Source: a bacterium (GTDB lineage Bacteria; Hydrothermota; 32-111). Taken from it: a stretch of DNA of 16,874 nucleotides. This document shows, piece by piece, positions 16,678 to 16,874 of this stretch (its first letter is position 1; the number at the start of each line of letters is the position of its first letter). The position numbers and the translations under genes are program-made. The DNA is taken from NCBI GenBank assembly GCA_050239825.1, contig JBFXGO010000045.1:1-16874 (forward strand), written 5' to 3'. Below the pieces are notes generated by a model. It ran no database searches. It saw only the letters and a list, made by a program, of their open reading frames with translations, and had not been told where the DNA came from.

Positions 16678-16874
16678 ATGAAAAAAGAAAAGAACAATGA
16701 TAATGAAAAACCACTAAAAGAATTTACCTGTAAAAGCATAATTCCTATTGAGAGAATAGAGAAAAGAATATTTCTTATGAGAAACAAGAGAGTAATGATA
16801 GATAAAGATTTGGCGGATTTATATAATGTTCCCACTAAAGTATTGAATCAGGCAGTTAAAAGGAATATTAAGAG
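16678..16874 (+). CDS. ORF6N-domain DNA-binding protein, 5' part, truncated by the window edge; absent from the ORF track
   Basis: Manual translation MKKEKNNDNEKPLKEFTCKSIIPIERIEKRIFLMRNKRVMIDKDLADLYNVPTKVLNQAVKRNIK matches the ORF6N pattern V(M)xDxDLAxLYxVxTKxLNxAVKRN. Confidence 0.85.
   Translation, partial: MKKEKNNDNEKPLKEFTCKSIIPIERIEKRIFLMRNKRVMIDKDLADLYNVPTKVLNQAVKRNIK

Overview
AT-rich bacterial core-genome window; all proteins are on the + strand. Block 1 (51-10612) is a tightly packed run: gap-pgk-tpiA-secG-rplU-rpmA-(MBL-fold hydrolase)-mreB-mreC-mreD-mrdA(PBP2)-rodA-comF. A minus-strand tRNA-Leu(CAA) (10614-10697) converges on comF. It shares a back-to-back sigma70-type promoter pair with block 2 (10778-16364): membrane histidine kinase, stand-alone receiver, degenerate-GGDEF/EAL protein, mutL, miaA. 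After miaA come a GTAG-type REP-like palindrome and the start of an ORF6N-domain gene that runs off the window. The most notable observations are: (1) a canonical -1 slippery heptamer at the pgk/tpiA junction that would yield a PGK-TPI fusion; (2) an apparently leaderless, translationally coupled HK-REC-EAL module joined to mutL-miaA, whose kinase has a lone CxxxCxxC cluster in its sensor loop; (3) a comF zinc-ribbon N-terminus with no ATG/GTG/TTG start. All calls come from reading motifs by eye; no database searches were run and the taxon cannot be determined.
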